This document shows positions 1-54,354 of a DNA stretch of 64,000 nt, piece after piece. The notes below the pieces were generated by a model, which worked only from the letters and a program-made list of their open reading frames with translations, had not been told where the DNA came from and did not search any database. Numbering within the stretch: the stretch's first letter is position 1; each line of letters starts with the position of its first letter. The DNA lies in NCBI GenBank assembly GCA_951804945.1, contig OX638149.1, forward strand, positions 74,152,001 to 74,216,000, written 5' to 3'. The position numbers and the translations under genes were made by a program. This DNA is from Podarcis cretensis (taxonomy: Eukaryota).

Positions 1-269
1 AGTAGAATAGATTTAAAGGAACGGAATACCACAGTGTCCATTGGGAGACTGTTGAGAGGGTCAAGGGAAGATTGTTGCAGCAGGAATAAATAATGGGCTC
101 AGTGGGACTTTAGGTACTAATACTGTACACATTAGTATCTAAAGAGACAGTAAGACCATTAACCCTTGGATCTAATTTTAGATTCCAGAGTTAATGATTT
201 TACTCCCCCTTTAGATGCTAATGTGTACTACTTCAAATGTTGTTATGGCGCCCCCCCAATAGATGGTAA

Positions 270-393
270 GATGGGGTAGATAGTGTGGTGGCCTCTAGTT
301 GTTGCTGGACTACAATTCTCAACATCCCTGACAATTGGCCATGTTGGCTAGTAGTCCAACAACATCTGGAGTGCATCACATTGGCTATCCCTG
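270..393. mobile_element. Degenerate palindromic hAT-type MITE
   Basis: ctctagttgttgctggactacaa...tagtccaacaacatctggag foldback; same family as 15817 and 21251. Similar relics at about 6860-6977, 8210-8470, 10965-11025, 30190-30300 and 51129-51260. Confidence 0.65.
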
Positions 394-1108
394 TGGAAAT
401 ATCTATCACTTCATTTATTTCAAAATGCATCAGCCCAGCCCTACTGAGTTTTGGAGCTCACTCTGTTGAGTGCACTTGTATGTCAAAGCCCAACCCTGAG
501 AGCATGCACCACTGACTGGACATAGATTGGACAAGACAACTATGGCAAATTATAGTTGTTAGAGGAACATCTCTTATAATACACCTAGAGCCCTCTCCTA
601 CTAACAATTATATGAATTGCATGTTAGCCTTTTGCTTCCTTCCAGTGCCATAATTTTATGATTCTATGATAGGACAGTAATACATTTGTGCAGTGTAATA
701 TGTAGTTGGATTGAGATGGGGATATATTATTATTATTATTACTAAGTGATTGTTGTGGGACTGGATGAAGATGAGCAAAGGCATGCTGATCTTTAGGGTT
801 ATGAACTATGGATTACGATAGGATTATGGTATATTGGATTAAATTGGAAATAATGGATGGGAACTCTGGGATGCTGAGAAGGACATTCATATGGTCTATC
901 AATGTTTTTGTTTGCTTAGTAAAAGCCTTTTGGGACAAGAAACTCTTATGCTACTGCAGTTCGCCCTTGGGACCTTTGGGTGCACAAAAAACAAAACAAA
1001 CAACAATTATTAATCATTTAGGTAGAACTGCATATGAAATGCTATCTTAAAATTTCATGCAACACTGTTATCACAACATTATCTTTGAATTTCATGGTAG
1101 TAGAATAC

Positions 1109-43290
<42,182 letters not shown>

Positions 43291-43422
43291 GTCTTTCTGT
43301 TTGTAAACATTTCAAATTCTGCCCCCTCTCCACTGTCTAAGGATTTCCATCATTCCCTTGGCCAGAGGACGCCTAAAAGCCACCTTTGCGCTAGAAAACT
43401 AGAATGAAAACTAGCAGCCGAA

Positions 43423-43806
43423 TTATTTATTTTTACCATTTATTAAAGTTGTATACCGCCCTATACTCGCAGGTCTCAGGGCTGTTCACAGGATAAAAAT
43501 CACAGTATAAAATCACGAAATACATAAAATAAAAACAACAGCCCAACAATCCCCTCCCCCTATTTAGCCTGGTGCCTAAAGGTGTCTAAGGAAGGCACCA
43601 GGCAAATCCCCCTGGGGAGAGCAGTCCACAAATGGGGGGATGGGGGGCCACTGCAGAAAAGGCCTGTTCTCACGATGCCACGCTCCAGACTTCTTGTGGA
43701 GAAGGCCCACAAAGAAGGGCTTCAGAAGATGATCTCAGGGTAGGGTAGGAAAGAGGCAGTCCTTGAGGTATTGAAGTCCTGAGCCAGCACTTTGAATTGG
43801 GCCCAG
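43423..43806 (-). mobile_element. L2 LINE 3' end next to the CpG island
   Basis: ttatttattt tail, tataccgccct, ccactgcagaaaaggcc and agcactttgaattgggccc motifs typical of squamate L2 3' ends. Confidence 0.6.
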
Positions 43807-46800
43807 AGCACAGCTTTCCAAACTGTGTGTTGTGACATGTTATTGTGTCTGCTGCAGTGTGTAGGTGTGTCGTGCGAATGCTCCCTGTGCTCCTCCTGGG
43901 GCTGGAAAGCTGTTAGTTTAACATCCGGTTTGCTAGTAAAACTGAATGATTGTGTTGCAAAATGATGCATGTCTAAAAAGCGTGTCACCAACATGAAAAA
44001 TGTGGAAAGCTCTGGCCCAGAGTATTGGAGCTGGAGTATTATGACATACACAGGGCCGACCCAAGACATTTGGGTACCTGAGGCCGATCACAAGATCGCT
44101 CTTTCCCTCCCAGCTAGGGAAGGAGTGAGTGAAGATCTACATCAGGAGCAAGAGGGAAATAAAGATCTACATCCTGTCAATCCAGCCCTGGAAACGAACA
44201 GGGCTCCCTTGTCCCTTGCTCTGCTAGCCTGCCCTCTGCTCTGTTGCTGTTACTGCTAAATGCCTGATCAGGCCATAATAAGATCACAACAATCCATTGT
44301 TTGGAAGAATCTTATCTGGCTTGCATCACTGAAATTTGGGGTGGATGAGCTGGGTCCACCTAGTTACTCTGTTCTGCACCAGCCAGGGGCAGTGTGTCCT
44401 GTTTCACCCTGCCCTGCTGCCAAAGCCGCTGCATGTGCTCAGTGGAGTAGCTGTTGCCTTGGCACAGAATTCTGAGCAGGATTTACTTTTTCTTGCTGCA
44501 GAATCTTATTACCCAGGTGCAGAATTTAAAGGTTTTGGCTTGAAGTAACCACAGTCCTTAAGTATGTCATGCTATTTATAGTACTGGAGTATTTATGAGA
44601 ATAGTCTTCTCTTCTTTCTGCAACTCTGTTTCTACAGTGTTAACAAGCTGCTGTGACAACTATCAAGACTGGAGTTTGTAGGAGCAAACTGCCAAATAAG
44701 TTATACTTTCAATAATACGAAGACATAAGAAACTTCACAGACTTCATTGGTTTTGTACTTTTAAGAACCTTTCGAAGAGCATGAAATATGAGGATCTGAT
44801 TCTGTTCTATTAAAGTCAAATAAAACTATCAACAACTTTAGAGGGTTCAGATCAAATGCTGTGGGTGCTGCAAATTCAGCTGGTTGCATATCTTGTAAAA
44901 ATTCAGCACAAAGGTCAGCTCCTTATAAGCAATTTCATTCCCTTCACATCACTCATACCATACATAGTACAGTCAGTAACCTAATTCAGTTGTGGATAGA
45001 AGGCAGAACAGGAAGAACTCATAGATCTCCGAGTGTGGTTTGAAGCAAATTGGCAAAGATTCCTGACTCCCAATTGTTTAGCAATGGTTGCAACAAAGTA
45101 ACTCTCTCTACCCCCATATTATAGTGTAGAAATGAAGAAAGGGTTTTTGAAGGGGTAGGGGATAACAAGGAGAAGATTTTTTTTAAAAAAAATGTGGAAG
45201 GATTGTGAGCTCCATTCAGTTCTGGTTGTTGTAAAAACAGGTTCCTGGAGTCATAATTATTTAATTCTGTGGTCTAATTTCAACTAAAGAGCTGCACTAG
45301 TGAAAACCAGCACAACAATCTTGCTGGGGGGATGGGGCTTCTTGCCCCCACTGTTTCTTCTGCATGCCCCATGTCCCACAGATCAGCTCTGGGGGTTGGG
45401 AGAACCTTTATAATAGCACACAGGGGGGAGGGGAGGTCATTCCATCTGGCAAGCATAAATTCTTGTATTGACCAAATGATCATATTAACACAACACTGTA
45501 CATAAATGTCTTTTGCACCGGATTCCATATTATAGTCTCAGGATTCTGGTAAAAACCAGAGTATATTCCACAAGCTTGGTGTCTGCCAAGCTCTGACTTA
45601 CCCTCCCTTACTCCCCTACTTGAGTCATAATTTTGCTGCCAAGCAGTAGCTGGGGAAACCCAATCAGATGAGCAGGGTACAAATATTATTATTATTATTT
45701 CTTTAGAGAAGAACAGGGATCACTGATTAGCTAAAGACTGATGTCTCTATTCTAAATTCCCATGAGTAGGATTTGCTCAGAGGATACTCTTGCTAGTGGG
45801 GAGGGGGAAGTGATTTCTAGTAATCCTTTCTGCCCCCCTGCAGGCTCCTACGCCACACGAAAATGTCTCCAGAAGATTGAAAGAATCTTCCAGCATTAGC
45901 AAAAATTGCCCCTCCCTTTCCAACAACAGAAACTTCTCCTGGATCAGGGTCCCTTCAGTAAATGGATGGATAGCCCAGGATCCAGGTCAGAAAGAGACAT
46001 TCGTTTTGGCAAAGAATGGGAACAAGTAATGCATAGAATTTTCTTGCCTTAAGTAAGGGCAATTGTGCTCCAATCTTTTGAACTTAGTAAGCTCTAGCTG
46101 GTGGTAGTACATTTTTCTTCTCAGGCCACAGAATTGGGTGGCTGTGTTCTCCCTTGTCAGGTATAACATCGCCAGTTTAACTGATGTTGTGCAAACATAG
46201 AATAACATATCATAGCCTTTAAATTCACATCACAGTCGTTTTTAAGGGGGATCTGGCTTCCAGGAAAACTCCACAGAAAGCAAATGAAGCACAGAACTGC
46301 TGTAAGAATACTGTACATCTTCATAAAACTGTGGTATCAAGTAGGTCCATGATGCAGAGAACTTGGATATGTGTTAACAAGAGAATAAATATGTGCAGCT
46401 TTCAAACAAGATGGTGCTTTCCAAGCAGTTTCAATGAACAGCTATGTGATTGACAGCTCACACCTCTAGGACTAGGATGAATGTACTAATTTTACGTGCC
46501 ACATGTAAAAATATATATAGCACTTGACTATTTATCCACAGAAAGTAGCCATTTGTTCACTTTTAACAAGAATATGCCTAGTATACACTTATTTTGGAGT
46601 AGCTTTTGTATTTCTTTCAAACACTATAGTAGTGATTAAAGATTATTGCCTATGACAAATAAATGATAATCCAAAATAACAGGTCTTCACTTGATGTCAT
46701 TTTGAACATTTGTATCAAGTGAAGACCAGAGTATTGCTTCTTACTATTCCCTTTCATACAACAGCTCCCAAAAAATCACTGTAATAGGAGTGCCTTTTGT

Positions 46801-49435
46801 GGCTGATGAAAATGTTCATAAATTTCATCCTCACTCAGTCCACTCCTATTTACCGGTAAATGCATTTTCCTATGTTTTAATGTAATTGAAACTGAATTCT
46901 ATTGTAAGATGCATCAAGTGCTTTTTAAAAATGACATTTAAGTGGTGTAAATAAGAAATGGGAGCACATATGAAACACTTCTCATTTGTTCATTATTCAT
47001 ATTCTTCAAATGTGTTATAGATAACTAATAGAGGCTTCCCATTTGTACCAAAAGTAGTCTTCTTTCTAACTTCCATCAGGACAGAGTAATTGCCTTGATC
47101 TGGATTCAGATGGTGACATCCAAGGTTGCTTGTTTAGCTGTGCCTGAAACAAAAAAGCCCATCTGCGTAACGTTCTTAATCAGTTCCAGAGCTTGGGTTT
47201 AACTCCAAGGATAGAACGGAGCTGTTTTCTTTATAAAATTAACAAGGCACTGCACTTATTAAAGAGTTGGATTTCTGATAACAATGTGATGACACAAGGG
47301 TTAGTGGAAATTTACTGCAGAACCATGTTTAGAAGCATATATATGAAAAGAGGCCATATCTATTGCTGAACAAGTTATGCTTTCATACTGTCTCTGTTCT
47401 GCTTCTCATCTACGCTGTCATTATTAGGAGGTGTGAACAAACTCAATCACACTGTGTCCAGATGGAAAGCAACACATGGAATGATTACTCTCTGACATGT
47501 GAGCCAGAAGCATTCTTAGTAGAACTAAGCATTTTGTTGTTGCTTAGAACATTTGTATCTCTGCTTCTGAGCCAGGTTATGGAAGGGAGAAGTACAGAAC
47601 TCATGTAAGTCTTGTACAGTCCCCTAAATATGTATGGCTGCCAATATTAATCCCTGTTGCTTTCAGATCCAAACAAATATGCGACAGAATACCACTTATT
47701 TCCTCAAATGCAGCTCTGACTGTGATCCAGTTCCATAAGGTTGTGCATTGGTAGTGACTAACTTTATAAAAATATGGAAGTTTTACTCTCACTTGGTCCC
47801 TAAACAAAAAACATGGACTTTAAAGCTGGTGTCTCTTTGCTTTGGTCTCTGAAGAGCTGGTGGTTAGCCTGAAGTGACTTTTGCCTGCTGCAGGTCTTCA
47901 GAGGATAATCTGAAAGGTATAATTTGTTCCCTTATCACCCTCTAAGGGAAGGGAAAATAGCAAATAGTTGGACCTTTTGGAAAGATGGGTCCTAGAGATC
48001 CTCTTTGCCTTTTCTGCGCTTTCAAAAGTCATGTTAGCCAGCACATAGATCTGTGTAAAATTGGTGGCATAATTATCTTAAAAGTCATTGCACCGAAATG
48101 AAGTTTTCTTAAGCAATGAGTGTCTGCTAATCTCACATTCCAGTTAAACAATTGATTCTCTGTTTGGCCTTAGTTGATCATGTGCTTTATTCCTGGGGAA
48201 ATGTCTCTCTACTAATTGACAGTTGAAGACTCCTACTTACTTTAAATATGAAAATCTTTGTATTGTGATGGGTTTGGTTTTTTTAACAAGTTGTTTTGTA
48301 TAGTTCCTCTACTTAAAATTTTCAACTTGTGGTAGTAGAACATACTATTTTTGCTTTTTTAAAAAAGTGAGGGAATCAAATAGAAAGTTTTTAAAAGGAC
48401 CTTCAAAATGGTGGCAGGATGTCTTTTTTAAAAAACTAAACTTTTGTTTTCTTCTTGTCTTATTAAATGTCATGTCAGTATAATTGCCAGATTGTCCATT
48501 GTACAGTATGTTTACATGGGAAAAAGCTCTTCTTTCCCATTTAAATTTCCTGTTAAGCCGTAAGTAAACAAGAACCTATTAAAGTTAGGGGAGGATGAAG
48601 AGGTCAGTGATCCCCAGAATGGGAAACAGTAGAGGAAAAGAGGAAAGAGTAGAAGTGGGGAAAAGAAGATTGAAGCCAAGCAAATGTTAACATCTTTCTT
48701 TTCAGGACATGTTTGCACACTTTGTGGGGAAGATGACTGTGAGCATTTTAGGAAGATGCCCTATGGCTTCTCATTGTATTTTGGGGATAAAAGCAGCACT
48801 TGGAAGCCAGAAGTCCCCTTTTGCTACTGGAAAACCTCTTCTACTCACAGGCTAATGGAAGACTGCTGCATAACCCCCCAAGGCTAGATAAATTCTTTCA
48901 TAAGATATTATTTCCCACTAGAATTTATACATTGCAGCCTGTATCTTCCTTGCTTGCCATTACTTCTCATACTGTAATGCTGCACTGTGGGAATAACTGA
49001 ATTTCACAGCACATGAATGGTTTGATACATTAAATATTTACCAATGATGGGACTAAGATTGATCTGGAAACACTCTCTTTCACTTTCGGCTCCCCTTAAA
49101 ACTGGATACTCTTAACAAAGGACAAATGGCAAGTAAGGGAGAGATGTTTTCTCCAGACAAAAATAGCCCTTTCATCTTGTATTTGCTGTCATAGGGAACT
49201 TGCTTTTGATGCTAAAAGGACCCCACAATCTAGGAGTTAAAAGTACAACAAGTATTTTAGTGAGTCAGACAATTGGTGCTTCTAAACTAGATCATCTCTA
49301 ACACAGGCCTGTCCACATGTAGAGGCTCTGGCAGTCATCTTTCCTAGCCATGCCCCAACAGAACTTATTGTGAATTTTAATTATGTATTGATTTTATACT
49401 TGTAAACCACTTAGAAGCCATCTTGCCATATACCT

Positions 49436-49468
<33 letters not shown>
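49436..49468. repeat. (GATA)8 microsatellite
   Basis: Read directly. Confidence 0.95.
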
Positions 49469-49933
49469 GTAAGTAAAAAATGTTATCTGAGATCCTTCCT
49501 AGTAGGGATGCTTGGAACCAGGGATATCAACCTGAATAAAATATTGTGGGGACCCAGGTAAGCCCCACCCCACATAATCACATGACGCAGTGCATACACC
49601 CCATTTGAATGGAAATGCCCATTAACTTTTTGGGGGCCCGCCCCCTCAAATATTTTATTGTGGGGGCCGAAGCTCCCAAGGCCCCTAGGAGTTGGATTCT
49701 ATGCTTGGAACTGGAGCTGGGGCTTCTACATTCAGGGCATATGCTACATTACCAAGTTATGGATCCCTATCTCCCAACACACCTGGAGTGGAAGTAAATG
49801 CTTGTACAGTACCTCCTCAAAGTGTGTTTTTATTATTTTGAAACAAACCAAGAATTTGGCAGATTTACCAACAACCACAAGTTACCAGAATCCTGTTAAA
49901 AGACACAGTAACTCAGTGTCTGGGAATTACCAT

Positions 49934-49939
49934 TTTATT
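49934..49939 (-). terminator. Probable USH1C polyadenylation signal AATAAA
   Basis: First AATAAA I found on the minus strand after the stop (about 630 nt downstream), followed by GU-rich ttactgtgtctttt; a second AATAAA at 49829-49834. Confidence 0.55.
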
Positions 49940-50565
49940 TTCAAAATACACTATTGCATTAAAAGGCAGTTTAGAAATTATGCTGTATATTTGGATATCT
50001 TGGCACACTGGAACAACAGCAGATGTGAAAGATAAAAACAAAAATCATTTTTGAATATAGAGTAATTAAGAAAATGTAAATGCTGTATCTGTAAAGAGTC
50101 AAAATAGCAATTCAGAAACGCATTAAGCATCGAGTTATTTATATTATCAGTATCCTCGCTGAATTCCCCCCTATCTTCTGTGCTTTAAGTATTAGTATGT
50201 TAGAAAATTACTCATGTGTAGGATTGTGCTATTTCTTCCTTTGAGAAAGGATCGAACTCTCCTAAACAATTTCACCTGTAGTGTAGTTAGGACAGTTTCA
50301 GAATTGGCCCCTGGCTCTTTTTATCATCTCCAATGAATTATTCAGCTGTTGGCAGTTATAAGCAACCACAAACCATGGCTTATGAGAGGAAATAAAATGA
50401 CATGCTGCTCTGAGAGTTCAAACACAAGGCCGTGAATGATTTGCAGAATCTCATGTTCATCTTATTCACACTTCTTGACTGATAGAAGTCTGATTTGATA
50501 AAAGTAACTTGATACCTATACATTGGTAGGTTTCTTCAGAATGCTTATGTTTTGTTTCTCCCATC

Positions 50566-50578
50566 TTAAAAAAATGTC
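50566..50578 (-). CDS. USH1C: USH1C terminal exon, coding part (TFF-stop)
   Basis: ttcctcccctattacag|G ACA TTT TTT TAA; gives ...EYDDEMTFF* (human ...DELTFF*). Confidence 0.9.
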
Positions 50579-50817
50579 CTGTAATAGGGGAGGAAAAAAT
50601 GGTTAATGTCCATCTCTATCAAGGTGGGATACAACTTGAGTAAGCAAAACCGAATCATACGATAAAATGAGATAAAATTAGCGTTTACAGTGCTTAACCC
50701 TTCAGAGCATGATCACAAAAGACTCATGCACATCAACATGACAAATGAAGAAGCCTAAAACACTTACTGATGGTGAGCATAGCCTCTATTTTTCCAGGAG
50801 GCTTAGGAAAGGTTAGG

Positions 50818-50850
<33 letters not shown>

Positions 50851-53800
50851 ATGGTGGACAGGAATGTGGAACGAGTCACACTTTTTCTTTTTGTGCTTCC
50901 CTGTGAAGAGATGCATGTACTGTTTCTGCATCTGCAGTTCATACATCAGGTTGTAGTGGAGTTGTTAGTGGAGTGTTGTAGTGTGAGGTCCCCACAGAAC
51001 ATTGCCCCAGGAGCTCAAAAAGAGGAAGCATGACTCACTTGCAATTTCTCTCCATGACTTGTAAAGGGTAAAAATCTCCTTCATTTATAAGCAACTTTAG
51101 GATTGGAATTGAGAAACTTTACCTAGACCAGGTATGGGGAAACTGGGTCCTCCAGATATTGCTGGACTCTCATCAGCCCCAAACACCATGGCCAATAGTG
51201 GGAGATTATGGGAGTTGTAGTTCAACAATATCTGGAGAGCCACAGCTTTCCTATATGCCTTTTTAGAAACCATGAGTGCAAGCCTATGTGCACATTCACA
51301 CGGATACAAGCTCCATTGGATTTTAATGACATCAGAATATTTTAAGTCACTCTGTAATAAAAAAAACCAAAAAGTCAACACCAAGAATGAACAAAAACAT
51401 GTGTTCCTTTGGCAAGCCTGATTATAAGTTTAAATATTCAATTTGATGTTAATAGGATTTAAAGAACAAGCAGCTGTGTAGTGCACACATCCCTGTAAAT
51501 TCTGAAAACAGAAGTGTTATTAAGATTTTGCTAATTGTACAAGCAAGTTGATGTTTTTGTCTGACAGAGTTGGTTGGATCCAGTCTTGTAAAGTTATGAC
51601 TGCCTTTTTTTGAGGGAGCTATTAGTTACTTAGCTAATACAGAGTGAAAAAGAACTGAAGAAAAATGATTTTTTTTTTAGTCTCTACCAATTTTTACTCA
51701 AACACATCACATTGGAAGCAGTTAGAGAAAAGGGCATTATATAATACAAAATAATACTACATGATACATGAATATTCTTGCTACAGGGTCCACAGTTTTA
51801 GCACTAATTGAAGAAAATGAGAAATACCAATTCCAAAGAACATTCTGCAAAGCTTTTAAGCGGCATGCAAAGTATAGGCAGGCGCATGCAGTGCAATGTA
51901 CACATTTGCACAAAAACATAATATGTGCACCCAGCTTTGCTATTCACCATGAGGGAACACTGCAGTGGTTACAGCTGCAGAAGAAACCCTTGTCTGTACA
52001 CTGCAGCACTGCCTTCAAAAACCTTTCTGTTTATGTTGGGGATGACAGATGACGAAGGAATAGGGCTAAATATATAGGATATGAAAACACACAATAAGTA
52101 TGGAAGTTACTCCTCTGCTTGCTTGCACTCCTCTATGTCTCTATTAATAACTACTAACATCAGATATTTTGAAACTACCCAAGCTTTGTAGGCTGTATTT
52201 TTTGGTTTGTGAATACTATGGACAGGGCTTGGTCAGTGGTGGTACCACAGTTGTGGAATGCCTTTTCTACTGAAATCCAACAAATCATTTCCTTCTAAGT
52301 TTGGGCAGGTGGTTAACACTTTTTTATTATTTAGAAAGACTTTTTATTGCTTAACTTCTGGCTGTTTGAATAGTCTTTGCTGCTGCTGTTATTCTTCTAC
52401 TTCTGCTGTTTTATTGATTCCCCCATTTGTGCAGATGGTTTCTCATTAAGCTAGAGATATGCATTGGAGGCAGAAACAAATTTCCATATGCATTGGAATT
52501 AGGCTGATAATTTCAGGCTGCCATCAGAGCAGTTAAGTATATAAAATATCCAGGTTTCATTAAGAATGTTTAATAATACATGGTAGATGATTTGTTGAAT
52601 GACGAAAAAATTAGGATGATTTCATGGGTTTTAGGCCACTTAAAGCCTTAACTTCTTGCCATTCCCTTAGTAGCCCTGATAAGCAATCAAGCTCTCTGCA
52701 TACAGCAACTCACTGCTAGGTCCTGCTAAATATTTGGTCACAATTGTGTTCTATAAGGTCCCAAGGATCCTCAGAGCCCCAGCTTGTGTTTTCCTATCAG
52801 AAACTGCCTAATGGGATCTTCACCACTTAGGCTTAGGTCTCCTTCTCATTACTCGACCTATAAAATAGCTTATTTTCTGAAGTGAAGCACTTGCTACCTA
52901 AGATACTTGGTGTAATAATGACCCCCATCCCCAACCCTTGCACATCTCTTCTGCCACCCCTGGTGAAAATCAATCAACCCAGGACTCGGTTACATTGGCA
53001 AAGAAAATATGCTTTATATGTGTTGTTTATGCATTCTAACACTGTGACACCAGATGGCGCTGTGGAGCTCCATTTTTGCTAACCCAATTTCTCATTTTTG
53101 CTAACCCAATTTCTCATATAAAGTTTGCAACGCATTTAACTGAAACACTTCTTGATGTGTCTAGAATCCAGCCCAATTTTCCTTTCCTCTCCCCCTCCCC
53201 TCCCACTTTCCCCACTGCTGCTGCATCCTGTCTTTTATGCAGATGCTGGGAGCGGGAGGTGTGTCTTTCAGTGTTGCTGCTGTCCTGTTGCATCACTTCC
53301 AGCATAATTGTTCCTTCATCTGGTCAGGCCACGAAAGAGAAGGTAAGCAGCAATGAAGGCAGCAACAGCTTCCACATCCTCCTGACAATTCTTCACCCTA
53401 GGCCTATTTTAAAAACATTTCCCTAGGTTCTAGGGGAATCTGTTTTTGTTGACATCCCTTCATTTTGTTAACATTCTTCTTAAAATGTGAAGAAGAAGAG
53501 AAGAGTTTGGATTTGATATCCCACTTTATCACTACCCGAAGGAGTCTCAAAGCAGCTAACATTCTCCTTTCCCCTCCTCCCCCACAACAAACACTCTGTG
53601 AGGTGAGTGGGGCTGAGAGACTTCAAAGAATTGTGACTGGCCCAAGGTCACCCAGCAGCTGCAGGTGGAGGAGCGGAGACACAAACCCAGTTCCCCAGAT
53701 TACGAGTCCACTGCTCTTAACCACTACACCACACTGGCTCTCATGTGGTCACTAACGTTTGAGCCTACATCTAAGGACTCTAGCTGAAGTCAAATAAGAG

Positions 53801-54312
53801 AGACGCCTAGTTTATTTCTGTGAACTAATATATGACTATAGAAGTGAAACCTTACATTTCATCATCATATTCCTTGGGAGGAGACACAGCAATGACCAAA
53901 TCAATCCAATCCTGCAAAAGAAAAGTTTCATAAATATTAAATCTAAATCACCAGTAGCTAATCAGGGTAAAGTCAAATGCAGTTAATACTCTTTCATTAT
54001 GTGCATTTTTCGATATGGCAGGCAACGCACCTAAGCTTCATGCCTGTTAAAATAAAGGATGCAAGTAAAGTTGAGCCAAAAGCCAGATCTCTAACCCACC
54101 CAATATCAATGGAAAATCTTGCCAGATGAACATAAACTTTATGTGCCTATTTTTTTTATTGCTCTCAGAAACCTATCTAATCCAAGTATTGACCTAATGT
54201 CAGTATTTGTGTGTAGTTATTATTCTGTGTTTATTGTATTAGGTCTGTACCAAATGTTTATGCAGGTCCAACAGTAGGATTTTCTTCTAAGAACATATTA
54301 GGAAGATTTTTG

Positions 54313-54354
<42 letters not shown>

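Noticed and set aside
1-1100. ABCC8 exon 27 (FFETTPLG...) and KCNJ11
   Set aside because: Not found; they presumably lie beyond the left edge.
53270-53390. Possible extra USH1C exon (cag|GAGGATGTGG...)
   Set aside because: No similarity to harmonin; the real alternative exon and TFF exon are at 52065 and 50578.
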